DNA of 64,000 nt from an uncultured Gammaproteobacteria bacterium (GTDB lineage Bacteria > Pseudomonadota > Gammaproteobacteria > Steroidobacterales > XN24), in NCBI GenBank assembly GCA_947259915.1, contig CAMYOC010000050.1, positions 61,342 through 125,341 of the forward strand, in the 5' to 3' direction. Numbering within the stretch: the first letter of the stretch is position 1; the number at the start of each line of letters is the position of its first letter. The notes below the pieces were generated by a model. That model was given only the letters and a program-made list of their open reading frames with translations. It made no database searches and was not told where the DNA came from. The position numbers were made by a program, and so were the translations under genes. Positions 54,088 to 61,849 of the stretch are shown here, piece by piece.

Positions 54088-56420
54088 TCGCCAACCCGTT
54101 CTTTCAAGCCGCGACGCGATGGCGCGCAGCCTGGCTTCACCGCCAATTCCGCTGCTTCCGGCAACGCCAGCAGCACCGCCTCGCCGCAGCCTTCGCGACT
54201 CAGACGGCCGTCATCGTAATCGATCCAGACCTCGACGATACCTGGCGGTGGCTGCGGCACGAAACCACGACCGCCGAGTCCGGCAATGAGATCGCTCCAG
54301 ATCGGCAGCGCACCGCGGGAGCCAGACAACCCGGCTGGCGTGTTGTCGTCACGACCCAGCCACACCACCGCCAGATTATCGCCAGTAAAGCCGGCGAACC
54401 AGCTATCGCGAAATTCATCAGAGGTGCCGGTTTTTCCCGCCGCGGTCAGCGCCGGTGGCAAACGGCGGGCGACACCGCGGCCGCTGCCTCTGGCGGTGAC
54501 CTGGAGCAGACCGCGGTTGAGCTGGAAGATATCGCCGGCTGCAAACACCGCGGTCAACTCGATCGGATAACGATTGAGCGGCACGCCCTCGGCATCCAGC
54601 ACCGCGCGCACTGCACGCAGCGGCGTGCGGAAACCACCGCTGGCGATGGTGGTATAGAAACCGGCCACGTCCAGCGGGGTCATTTCCACCGCGCCGAGCA
54701 GCAGAGACGGGTACGGCGCGATCTCACCCGGAACGCCGAGGCGACGCAGCACATCGATCACTTCAGACAGCCCCAGCTCCATGCCGAGCCGGACCGTAGC
54801 CAGATTGAGCGACTCGGCCAGCGCGCGGACCAGGGTGACCTCACCTTCGCCATCGCCGGAAAAATTCCCCGGCTGCCACACCGTGCCGTTATCCAGCGTG
54901 ATCTCCAGCGGCGCGTCGGTAATCCGCTCCGCCAGGGTGCGCCCGTCCTCGATCGCGGCCAGATAGACCGCCGGCTTGATCAGCGATCCGACCGGCCGCG
55001 CCGCGAGCAGCGCCCGGTTGAAACCGTCAAAGCCGCTGCGGCGTCCGCCGACCACGGCGCGTATTTCGCCGGTGCGGGGATGGCTGACGACGATTGCACC
55101 CTCGAGCCCGGCAAACGCCGCATCCTGTTTTTCCAGCGCCGCCAGGCCCCGTTCGAGACTGGCCTCTGCCTGCTCCTGTGCCGCCAGCTCCAGCGCGGTG
55201 AATACCTGCAGACCGGCGCTGTCCAGATCGTCCGTCGCATAATCCCGGCCCAGCTGTCCGCGCACCACGTCCAGATAGGCCGGGTAATAACCCGAACCGC
55301 CCGGCTCGACCAGCACATCGAGCGGACGGCTCTCAGCCTGTTGTGTACGAGCCTCATCGACGATGCCCTGTTCGGCCATCAGCCGCAGGACCAGATCGCG
55401 ACGTTCGCGGGCCCGGTCGGGATGTTTCCAGGGGTTGTAATACGAGGGGCCACGGACCATCGCCACCAGCAGCGCCTGTTCGTGCAGCGCGAGCTCGCCC
55501 AGCGGGCGGCCAAAATAGAAACGGCTGGCCAGACCAAAGCCGTGCACCGCGCGACGTCCGTCCTGACCCAGATAGATCTCGTTGACGTAGGCGGTCAGGA
55601 TCTCCTGTTTGTCGTAGATGGTCTCGACCCACAGCGCCATCACCGCTTCGCGGGTCTTGCGGCGGAAGGTGCGCCGGTTGTCGAGGAAGTAGCTCTTCAC
55701 CAGCTGTTGGGTCAGCGTGCTGCCGCCCTGACGCACCCGCCCCGCGCGCAGGTTGGCCCAGGCGGCCCGCGCGATCGCTTCCGGATCGAGACCATGGTGG
55801 CGAAAGAACTTGCGGTCCTCGACCGCGATCAGCGCGGCGCTCAGGGTTTCGGGTATCGCGTCTGGCGCGATCACCAGACGGTCTTCGCCGTGGACCGGGA
55901 AGATGCTGCCGATCTCCATCGGGTCGAGCCGCATCACCGGTACGTCTTTGCCCGCGGCATCGCGGATACGCCGGATCACACGCCCGTCGAAGTCGAGCTG
56001 GACGGTGCGCGCCGGTTCCTCACCGTCCCAGAAGCGGAAACCCCGGGTGCGGATCCGCAGACTCCGCCCGGTAGCCCAAAAGGCGGCGCTGTTGACCTGG
56101 CCACCGCTGGCTTCCCGGTAGCCCAGCTGTCGCAGGCGCCCGGCGAGGCGATCCCGCGGCAAGTCCTTGCCGGCATAGAGCTCGATCGGACCCGCATAGA
56201 CCCGCGCCGGCAGCGTCCACAATCGGCCCTGAAACTCGCGATAGACGATCAGCCCCTCGGCACAGATCCACAGGGCCAGCGCGGCCGCGACGAGCAGCAA
56301 CGCCGGCACCAGGATGCGGCGACGGGAACGGGCCCGGCTGCGGCCCCGGCGCGCCGGCGCGCGCCGGCGTTTGCCGGATCCGGTGCGGGATCGGGATTTT
56401 GACTTTGACGTTTTTGCCAT
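54063..56420 (-). CDS. mrcB: penicillin-binding protein 1B (bifunctional glycosyltransferase/transpeptidase)
   Basis: Basic cytoplasmic tail and one TM segment. Glycosyltransferase motifs: AVEDRKFFRHHG, GGSTLTQQL and RKTREA. Transpeptidase motifs: SLIK (SxxK), SLN and KTGTS. Confidence 0.93.
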   Translation of the reverse strand: MAKTSKSKSRSRTGSGKRRRAPARRGRSRARSRRRILVPALLLVAAALALWICAEGLIVYREFQGRLWTLPARVYAGPIELYAGKDLPRDRLAGRLRQLGYREASGGQVNSAAFWATGRSLRIRTRGFRFWDGEEPARTVQLDFDGRVIRRIRDAAGKDVPVMRLDPMEIGSIFPVHGEDRLVIAPDAIPETLSAALIAVEDRKFFRHHGLDPEAIARAAWANLRAGRVRQGGSTLTQQLVKSYFLDNRRTFRRKTREAVMALWVETIYDKQEILTAYVNEIYLGQDGRRAVHGFGLASRFYFGRPLGELALHEQALLVAMVRGPSYYNPWKHPDRARERRDLVLRLMAEQGIVDEARTQQAESRPLDVLVEPGGSGYYPAYLDVVRGQLGRDYATDDLDSAGLQVFTALELAAQEQAEASLERGLAALEKQDAAFAGLEGAIVVSHPRTGEIRAVVGGRRSGFDGFNRALLAARPVGSLIKPAVYLAAIEDGRTLAERITDAPLEITLDNGTVWQPGNFSGDGEGEVTLVRALAESLNLATVRLGMELGLSEVIDVLRRLGVPGEIAPYPSLLLGAVEMTPLDVAGFYTTIASGGFRTPLRAVRAVLDAEGVPLNRYPIELTAVFAAGDIFQLNRGLLQVTARGSGRGVARRLPPALTAAGKTGTSDEFRDSWFAGFTGDNLAVVWLGRDDNTPAGLSGSRGALPIWSDLIAGLGGRGFVPQPPPGIVEVWIDYDDGRLSREGCGEAVLLALPEAAELAVKPGCAPSRRGLKERVGEWLQRLKD

Positions 56421-56449
56421 GGGACGGGGCCGGTCAGGCGCCGGGATTG

Positions 56450-57112
56450 TTACAGATGCGACCCCGTATTAGAACCGTCGGCTGGACCGCTGCCGGTATC
56501 CTCTGGCTCAGGTTTCGGTTGCGGGCCCGGCCCGGAATCGTCAGCCGGCGCCGTGGCGTCGGTCGGAAACGCTGACCCGGGCCAGCCGCCCGGTTCGATC
56601 CCCTTCCGATCCTCCGCCCACGGATCGGCAGTAGCCGGCAGCGCCTCCGCGGGCGGCAACGGGGGCAGCCGTCCCCGGCCGCGAAAGCTGACGATGCCGG
56701 TGGTCCGCGGGTACAGGACGACCTCAAAGGTCCAGCGCAGATGGCTGGCCCGGGTGGCGCGGTCGCCCAGATCAGACTCGGGCACGAAACTCGCTCCGCC
56801 ATCGACAGAGAGGCTGATCACAGCACCAGGACCCGTGGCGCTGGCCGGCACATAGCGCAGCCCGACCGGCAGCGGAAAATCCAGCTTGAGCCCGGCCGTT
56901 GGCGCTTCCGATGTGTTGATGAATTGCAGCGTGTAATGACGCTCGGCGCCGGGCGCGACCCGCGTGTCTGTCGCCTGCGACAGCATGCGCTCGCCGGCCT
57001 CGTCGGCGATCAGCGGCGCATGATGGATGCCGCTGAGCTCCAGCTCCGGATGAGCCATCCGGGGCGTCGTCGCGAGCAGCAGCATGATGATCCGGGCCAG
57101 GGGTCTGAGCAT
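56450..57112 (-). CDS. hypothetical secreted protein (single Ig-like/DUF11-like domain plus Pro-rich acidic tail)
   Basis: Signal-like N-terminus MLRPLARIIMLLLATTP, then about 130 aa of beta-rich sequence (..HYTLQFINTSEAPTAGLKLDFPLPVGLRYVP..) and a Pro/Gly/Asp-rich tail. It lies directly upstream of mrcB on the same strand. No family was recognised with certainty. Confidence 0.55.
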   Translation of the reverse strand: MLRPLARIIMLLLATTPRMAHPELELSGIHHAPLIADEAGERMLSQATDTRVAPGAERHYTLQFINTSEAPTAGLKLDFPLPVGLRYVPASATGPGAVISLSVDGGASFVPESDLGDRATRASHLRWTFEVVLYPRTTGIVSFRGRGRLPPLPPAEALPATADPWAEDRKGIEPGGWPGSAFPTDATAPADDSGPGPQPKPEPEDTGSGPADGSNTGSHL

Positions 57113-57201
57113 GGGCAGGGACAGTTAGCCTTACCGGCGCCGGCCGAAGCAAGCGCGCGCTGTGGGCGCCCGGCCATGCTGGCACCCGTAATTGGCAATA
57201 T

Positions 57202-57229
57202 TTGACATTGCGCCAGTTTCGGCTATATT
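57202..57229 (+). promoter_or_regulatory. near-consensus sigma-70 promoter of the phasin-like gene
   Basis: TTGACA at 57202-57207, a 16-nt spacer and TATATT at 57224-57229, about 50 nt upstream of ATG 57280. Confidence 0.55.
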
Positions 57230-57279
57230 TGGTGCATCGCAGCATGTTGCAGCGCACCACCACTCTTCAGGGGTATGAA

Positions 57280-57843
57280 ATGATCGAAAGAATTGAAAAA
57301 CTGGCGCGGGATGTCCGGGCCGAGTACGGCACCATTGCCACCCGCACGATCAAGCGTCTTCGGGCCGCTACGCTGGACACCGCCGACATGATCGACGGCT
57401 CCCGCAAGCCGGTGCGCAAAATCACCGAAGCCGGTCTCCGCATCAACCGCATCTCCAGCAAGGGCGTGGAGAAACTGGTCAAGCAGCAGGCGACCTTTGT
57501 CGACACCGCCATCGAAGCCGGCGCCCTGATTGGCGACCAGATTTCGATGCTGCCTAACGCCCGTCACTGGGCGGTGCTGAACGCACGCAAGACCATCGCG
57601 ATCGTCAAGAACACCGGCGACGAGATCGGCGGCGTGCTGCGCACGACCGTGGCCGCACCGACCACCACCCGCAAGCCGGCCAAAAAGAAGGCAGCGACCA
57701 AGGCCCGTCGCGCCGCCCCGAGAAAGGCCGCGGCGAAGAAGCCTGCGGTGAGAAAAGCGGCTGGTCGCAAGACCGCTGGCAAGAAGAAGACCACCCGGGC
57801 GACTTCGCGCAAGCGCGTCAGCAAGACCAAGGCGGCTGCCTGA
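57280..57843 (+). CDS. phasin-like protein with a Lys/Ala/Arg-rich (histone H1-like) C-terminal tail
   Basis: The N-terminal ~125 aa are helical (..SSKGVEKLVKQQATFVDTAIEAG..) and reminiscent of phasin family proteins. The C-terminal ~60 aa read ..RKPAKKKAATKARRAAPRKAAAKKPAVRKAAGRKTAGKKK... An AGGGG Shine-Dalgarno precedes ATG 57280. Confidence 0.6.
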   Translation: MIERIEKLARDVRAEYGTIATRTIKRLRAATLDTADMIDGSRKPVRKITEAGLRINRISSKGVEKLVKQQATFVDTAIEAGALIGDQISMLPNARHWAVLNARKTIAIVKNTGDEIGGVLRTTVAAPTTTRKPAKKKAATKARRAAPRKAAAKKPAVRKAAGRKTAGKKKTTRATSRKRVSKTKAAA

Positions 57844-57873
57844 AAGGAACAACCGGTTACATTGACGGTTCAG

Positions 57874-57902
57874 GAGGCCCTCTTTTGAGGGCCTCTTTTT
57901 TT
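57874..57902 (+). terminator. Rho-independent terminator after the phasin-like gene
   Basis: GAGGCCCTC-tttt-GAGGGCCTC followed by TTTTTTT. Confidence 0.78.
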
Positions 57903-57937
57903 ACCCGCTCAACAGACGTCGGGCCGATCCGGGTGCG

Positions 57938-58231
57938 CTAGCGCCGGGCCGGCTTTTTCTTGCTCCGCCCGCGTTTGCTTACCTTCTTTTCCGTAGTCGC
58001 CTCACCGCTCTCCAGCGCCCGGCGCAGCAGGCGCTGCCACTCCTCGACCGAAAGCAGTCCGGATGGCACAAAACCGCGCAGGATCGCCATCGGGTCGATG
58101 CCCTCGCCGCCGCTGCGCAGCCGGCGGCTGATCGCATCCAGCGCGTCCTCCTGCAGACCGCTGAGGTCCGGCAGACCCAGAAACTCGCGCAACTCTGTCG
58201 GTTCGACCTCAACCTCGACACGGATTTTCAT
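57938..58231 (-). CDS. hypothetical small protein with a basic C-terminal tail
   Basis: MKIRVEVEVEPTELREFLGLPDLSGLQEDALD..EKKVSKRGRSKKKPARR. A GGGAG Shine-Dalgarno lies 6 nt before ATG 58231. No family was recognised. Confidence 0.5.
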   Translation of the reverse strand: MKIRVEVEVEPTELREFLGLPDLSGLQEDALDAISRRLRSGGEGIDPMAILRGFVPSGLLSVEEWQRLLRRALESGEATTEKKVSKRGRSKKKPARR

Positions 58232-58312
58232 CTGCTGCTCCCGCTGCAACGCTATGCCTGGCACAAGCATAGCCGCACCCGCGCCCAAAGGCGCGGGCGC
58301 AGGCAGACGGGC

Positions 58313-59215
58313 TCAATCTTCGATGATGTAGCGGATCGCCTGGGCGGAAGTGGGCTGGACCACGCGGCCCAGACCGATGACACCCTCGCCGGCCAGCTGC
58401 AGGCTGTCACGTCGGACGAACAGCTCTTCGCGGTGACGGGTCACGACAAAAGTGCCGTTGGTGGACTGGTCGATGAGCATGAACTTGTCCCGGTTCATCT
58501 CGATGCGACAGTGGATCCGGGAGATCAGATTGCCCTTGACCACCAGATCGTTGTCATCGGCACGACCGATGGTGATGTGCTGCTGATCGGCGTTGAGCAA
58601 CACTTCCTGACCCTGATAGAGCACGCGCAGACGCGCCGTCTTGCGGCTTTGCTCGCTGGCCCAGGTGATGGTCGGCAACATGCTGGTGACGTCTTCTTTT
58701 TGCCACAGCACCTCGAACAGCGCGATCTCGCCCGACTTGCCTTTGACGTGCGCCAGATCGATCTGGCGCACCGAGGCGCGCCATTCCGCTGACAGCTGGT
58801 CGACCATATTCGAGGTGGTGACGATCTGGCGGGCCTTGGCCTGGCTGGTCATACGGTTGGCGGTGTGCACCGTGGCGCCGAATACGTCGCGCTCGCCAGG
58901 CAGGACCTTGCCGTAGTCGCAGCCGACGCGGATCGCCAGCGATACGCCCTCGCCCGCCGAAACGTCGCCCTTGACGATCGAGGACTGCATCTCGCGGGCC
59001 GCGTTTAGCGCGTCATCGGCGGTCGGAAAGGTGGCCATCACCTCGTCGCCGATGGTCTTGATCACGCTGCCCTGGTTCTGGTCGGTGGCATTTTTCATGA
59101 TATCGAGGCAGCGGGCGATCGTATCGCGCGCCTTGAGATCGCCGAGGATCTCATACAGCTCGGTACTGCCGACGACGTCGGCAAAAAGAACGGCTACTTC
59201 GATCTCAGTGGACAT
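58313..59215 (-). CDS. class III adenylate/guanylate cyclase domain fused to a C-terminal FHA domain
   Basis: Cyclase motifs: VLFADVVGST, VIKTIGDEVMATF, IRVGCDYG and GATVHTANRMTS. FHA motifs: ITIGRADDNDLVV..ISRIHCRI..LIDQSTNGTFV. Confidence 0.85.
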   Translation of the reverse strand: MSTEIEVAVLFADVVGSTELYEILGDLKARDTIARCLDIMKNATDQNQGSVIKTIGDEVMATFPTADDALNAAREMQSSIVKGDVSAGEGVSLAIRVGCDYGKVLPGERDVFGATVHTANRMTSQAKARQIVTTSNMVDQLSAEWRASVRQIDLAHVKGKSGEIALFEVLWQKEDVTSMLPTITWASEQSRKTARLRVLYQGQEVLLNADQQHITIGRADDNDLVVKGNLISRIHCRIEMNRDKFMLIDQSTNGTFVVTRHREELFVRRDSLQLAGEGVIGLGRVVQPTSAQAIRYIIED

Positions 59216-59314
59216 CAGGACAGGCAGAAGTCTGCAGTGGGCGCCGGGGGGACAGCGGTGAATGGAGAATAATCTCCATGGCAGGTCTTATCAACAAGAT
59301 CGTGAACATCCGAT

Positions 59315-60148
59315 TCAACGCAGTGCGGCGACATAGGCGATCCATGCGGGGTCATTATCACCCTTTTCCGCCGCCGCGTATTCGCCGCTGCCTTCACCAT
59401 CTTCGTCGGTCCCTTCCCAGAAAACTTGAGTTCGGCTGAAGCCGGCCTCGTCCAGGAGGTCGATCAATTCGGGCAGGGTCCACAGCCGCCAGTGATAGCT
59501 GAAGGCCCGCTTGATCCTGGATCCGTCCGGGAAACGGAAGTGTATGTAGCAGACATAATCGCCGCTGATCGGCTCATAGCTGGCCTGCTCCCAGACGTAA
59601 GTAAAGCCGTCATTCTTGGTCTTTTCCCGGCTCTCCTCATAGGCTCCGGCACCACCAAAGACGTCGATAAAAAACACCCCGTCGCTAGCCAGACCGGCGC
59701 GGACCGAGCGGAAATAGTCGAGCAACTCCTGGCGCTGCTTGAAGTACCAGTAGCTGAAGTTAAAGGCGACGACAATATCGGCGGGCGCTATATCCACGGT
59801 GCGCACGTCGGCCTCGAGCAACTTGACCCGGCGGCGAGCAGCTGGCGACAAGGCCGCCACATGATGCGCACGGCCCCATTCGAGCACCTTTGGATCTATA
59901 TCCACCCCGACGGAGCGGTGCTGCGAATCAACGTGCACCCAACGGCAGGCCGCATTGCCCGTGCCGCAGAAGTCTTCGCGCAGGAACACGGGTTTGCGCT
60001 TGCGCAGTTCGACGAAGGCCTGCTGCAGGAACTCCACTTCGTACTCGACATTCTGCACCGACTCTTCGTAGAGCGTATGGATGTCAGCCGCAGACGCCAT
60101 CGTCTTGCCCCCGGATTTTTTCGAGGCTGTTTTTTTCTTTCGCGCCAT
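59315..60148 (-). CDS. class I SAM-dependent methyltransferase with a Lys-rich N-terminus
   Basis: MARKKKTASKKSGGK.., motif I-like REDFCGTGN and a downstream acidic-loop pattern (VGVDID). A GAGAGAGG Shine-Dalgarno precedes ATG 60148. Confidence 0.78.
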   Translation of the reverse strand: MARKKKTASKKSGGKTMASAADIHTLYEESVQNVEYEVEFLQQAFVELRKRKPVFLREDFCGTGNAACRWVHVDSQHRSVGVDIDPKVLEWGRAHHVAALSPAARRRVKLLEADVRTVDIAPADIVVAFNFSYWYFKQRQELLDYFRSVRAGLASDGVFFIDVFGGAGAYEESREKTKNDGFTYVWEQASYEPISGDYVCYIHFRFPDGSRIKRAFSYHWRLWTLPELIDLLDEAGFSRTQVFWEGTDEDGEGSGEYAAAEKGDNDPAWIAYVAALR

Positions 60149-60214
60149 GGCGCCTCTCTCGGGTTCTCGCCCGGAAACGGGCGGCGTCATTGTATAGCAA
60201 AGCCGGCGCGCCGA

Positions 60215-60251
60215 GGTCGGTGCCATCACGATCGACATGATGGCACCGACC
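60215..60251. repeat. perfect 14-bp inverted repeat (9-nt spacer) in the divergent methyltransferase / M28 peptidase intergenic region
   Basis: GGTCGGTGCCATCA-cgatcgaca-TGATGGCACCGACC. A second GC palindrome, cgcgcgcc-g-ggcgcgcg, lies at 60264-60280. Confidence 0.7.
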
Positions 60252-60340
60252 CCCGCGGTCAATCGCGCGCCGGGCGCGCGTAGCCCGCATCTGCCGATCT
60301 GCTAAAGTCTGGCTCGACCGCACCGCCTGAGGACGACGTG

Positions 60341-61849
60341 ATGAGACCGCTCGAGGAATGTGCGCACGGCTGGGGCCGGACCCTGGCCATCGCCGCTGTG
60401 CTGATGTTGCCGTCATCGCTGCCGGCGCAGACCGTCAATGCAGCAGCCCCACGCCCGATCGACGTTGAACCCTACCCCTACCCCGCCGATCTGCTCGATC
60501 AGGCGGCCGATCTGCGCGATCGCGCGCTAAACGACAGCAACCCGTTCGCCGTCGTCGCCTCGCTTAGCACCGAAGTCGGTCCGCGTCTGGCCGGCTCCGC
60601 CGGCGACCGGGCCGCGGTGGCCTGGGCCCTGAGTTATCTGCAGGACCTGAAGCTGGACCGTATTGCTGCACAGGGCGTGCAGGTGCCGCGCTGGGAGCGT
60701 GGCGCGACCCAGATCCGCATCCTCACTCCCTCACCCCAGACCCTGGCCGCGGTCGCGTTTGGCGGCTCCATCGGTACTGCAGAGAGCGGTCTGGAGGCGC
60801 CCGTTCTGCGGGTGCCGGATCTCGAGACCTTGCGCTCGCTGAGCTCGGATCGGGTCGCGGGCCACGTGGTATTCATCGACAAACGGATCGAACGCAGCCC
60901 GGATGCGGCCGACTACAGCGCAGCGGTGGCCGGCCGCATCCACGGTCCATCCGTGGCGGCGAGTCTGGGCGCCGTGGGCCTGGTCCTGCGCTCGCTGGGT
61001 ACAGACAGCAACCGGCTGGCCCACACCGGCAAGGTGATCTATCAAGACGGCGTCCCGCGCATCCCGGCGGCCGCGCTCTCGGCGCCGGACGCCGATATGC
61101 TCGCGCGCCAGCTGGACGGCGAAAACGCGGTGATCCTGCAACTCAGGCTCACCGCCCGCCGCCTGGGCAGCGCGCGCTCTGCCAACGTGATCGGCGAGAT
61201 CCAGGGGCGCACCAGACCCGAGGAAATCGTGCTCCTCGGCGCCCATCTCGATGCCTGGGATCTGGGCACCGGGGCTCTGGACAACGGCACCGGTGTCGCG
61301 GTCGTGATCGAGACGGCGCGGCTGATTGCCAGCATGCCCGAACGACCGGCGCGGACCGTGCGCATCGTGCTGTTCGCGGACGAGGAGATGGGTCTGAGCG
61401 GTGCCCGCGCCTATGCCGCCCGCTCCGCCGAGGGCGGGGAGACACACATGGTGGGCATGGAGGCGGATGGGGGCAGCGGCCGCATCTGGCGTCTCGATGG
61501 CGTCGTGCCCGAGCCAGCCGCCCCGCTACTGGCAGGGATCGCACCGCTGCTGGAACCGCTGGAGATCCCGCTGGGCATGGTCCGGACCAGCGGCGGTGGT
61601 GCCGACCTCGCCTTCCTGCAGAAGCTCGGCATGCCCGAAATCACGCCGCGCCAGGATCTGAGCTTTTATCTCGACTATCACCACTCCGCCAACGACACCC
61701 TGGATAAGGTCGATCCGGAAGCCTTGCGACAGGTGGTTGCAGCCTATGCGGCCATCACCTGGATGGTCGCCAACGGAGAGCCCGAATTCGGCCGCTTGCC
61801 GGATACCGACGCGACATCAGCCGACGAACCGGGGACCGGCGCCGACTAA
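60341..61849 (+). CDS. M28 family zinc aminopeptidase (secreted)
   Basis: Signal peptide, then ..NVIGEIQG..VLLGAHLDAWDLGTGALDNGTGVAVVIE..FADEEMGLSG.. (M28 metal ligands). ATG 60341 is preceded by GAGGA. Confidence 0.85.
   Translation: MRPLEECAHGWGRTLAIAAVLMLPSSLPAQTVNAAAPRPIDVEPYPYPADLLDQAADLRDRALNDSNPFAVVASLSTEVGPRLAGSAGDRAAVAWALSYLQDLKLDRIAAQGVQVPRWERGATQIRILTPSPQTLAAVAFGGSIGTAESGLEAPVLRVPDLETLRSLSSDRVAGHVVFIDKRIERSPDAADYSAAVAGRIHGPSVAASLGAVGLVLRSLGTDSNRLAHTGKVIYQDGVPRIPAAALSAPDADMLARQLDGENAVILQLRLTARRLGSARSANVIGEIQGRTRPEEIVLLGAHLDAWDLGTGALDNGTGVAVVIETARLIASMPERPARTVRIVLFADEEMGLSGARAYAARSAEGGETHMVGMEADGGSGRIWRLDGVVPEPAAPLLAGIAPLLEPLEIPLGMVRTSGGGADLAFLQKLGMPEITPRQDLSFYLDYHHSANDTLDKVDPEALRQVVAAYAAITWMVANGEPEFGRLPDTDATSADEPGTGAD

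Noticed and set aside
57180-57197. Sigma-54-like TGGCAC..TTGGCA motif upstream of the phasin-like gene
   Set aside because: The GG-to-GC spacing is 14 nt, not the required 12. A near-consensus sigma-70 promoter lies immediately downstream and explains the region better.
59262-59279. Small palindrome ATGGAGA-ataa-TCTCCAT between the methyltransferase and cyclase genes
   Set aside because: A 7-bp AT-containing stem without a U-tract is too weak to call as a terminator or operator.
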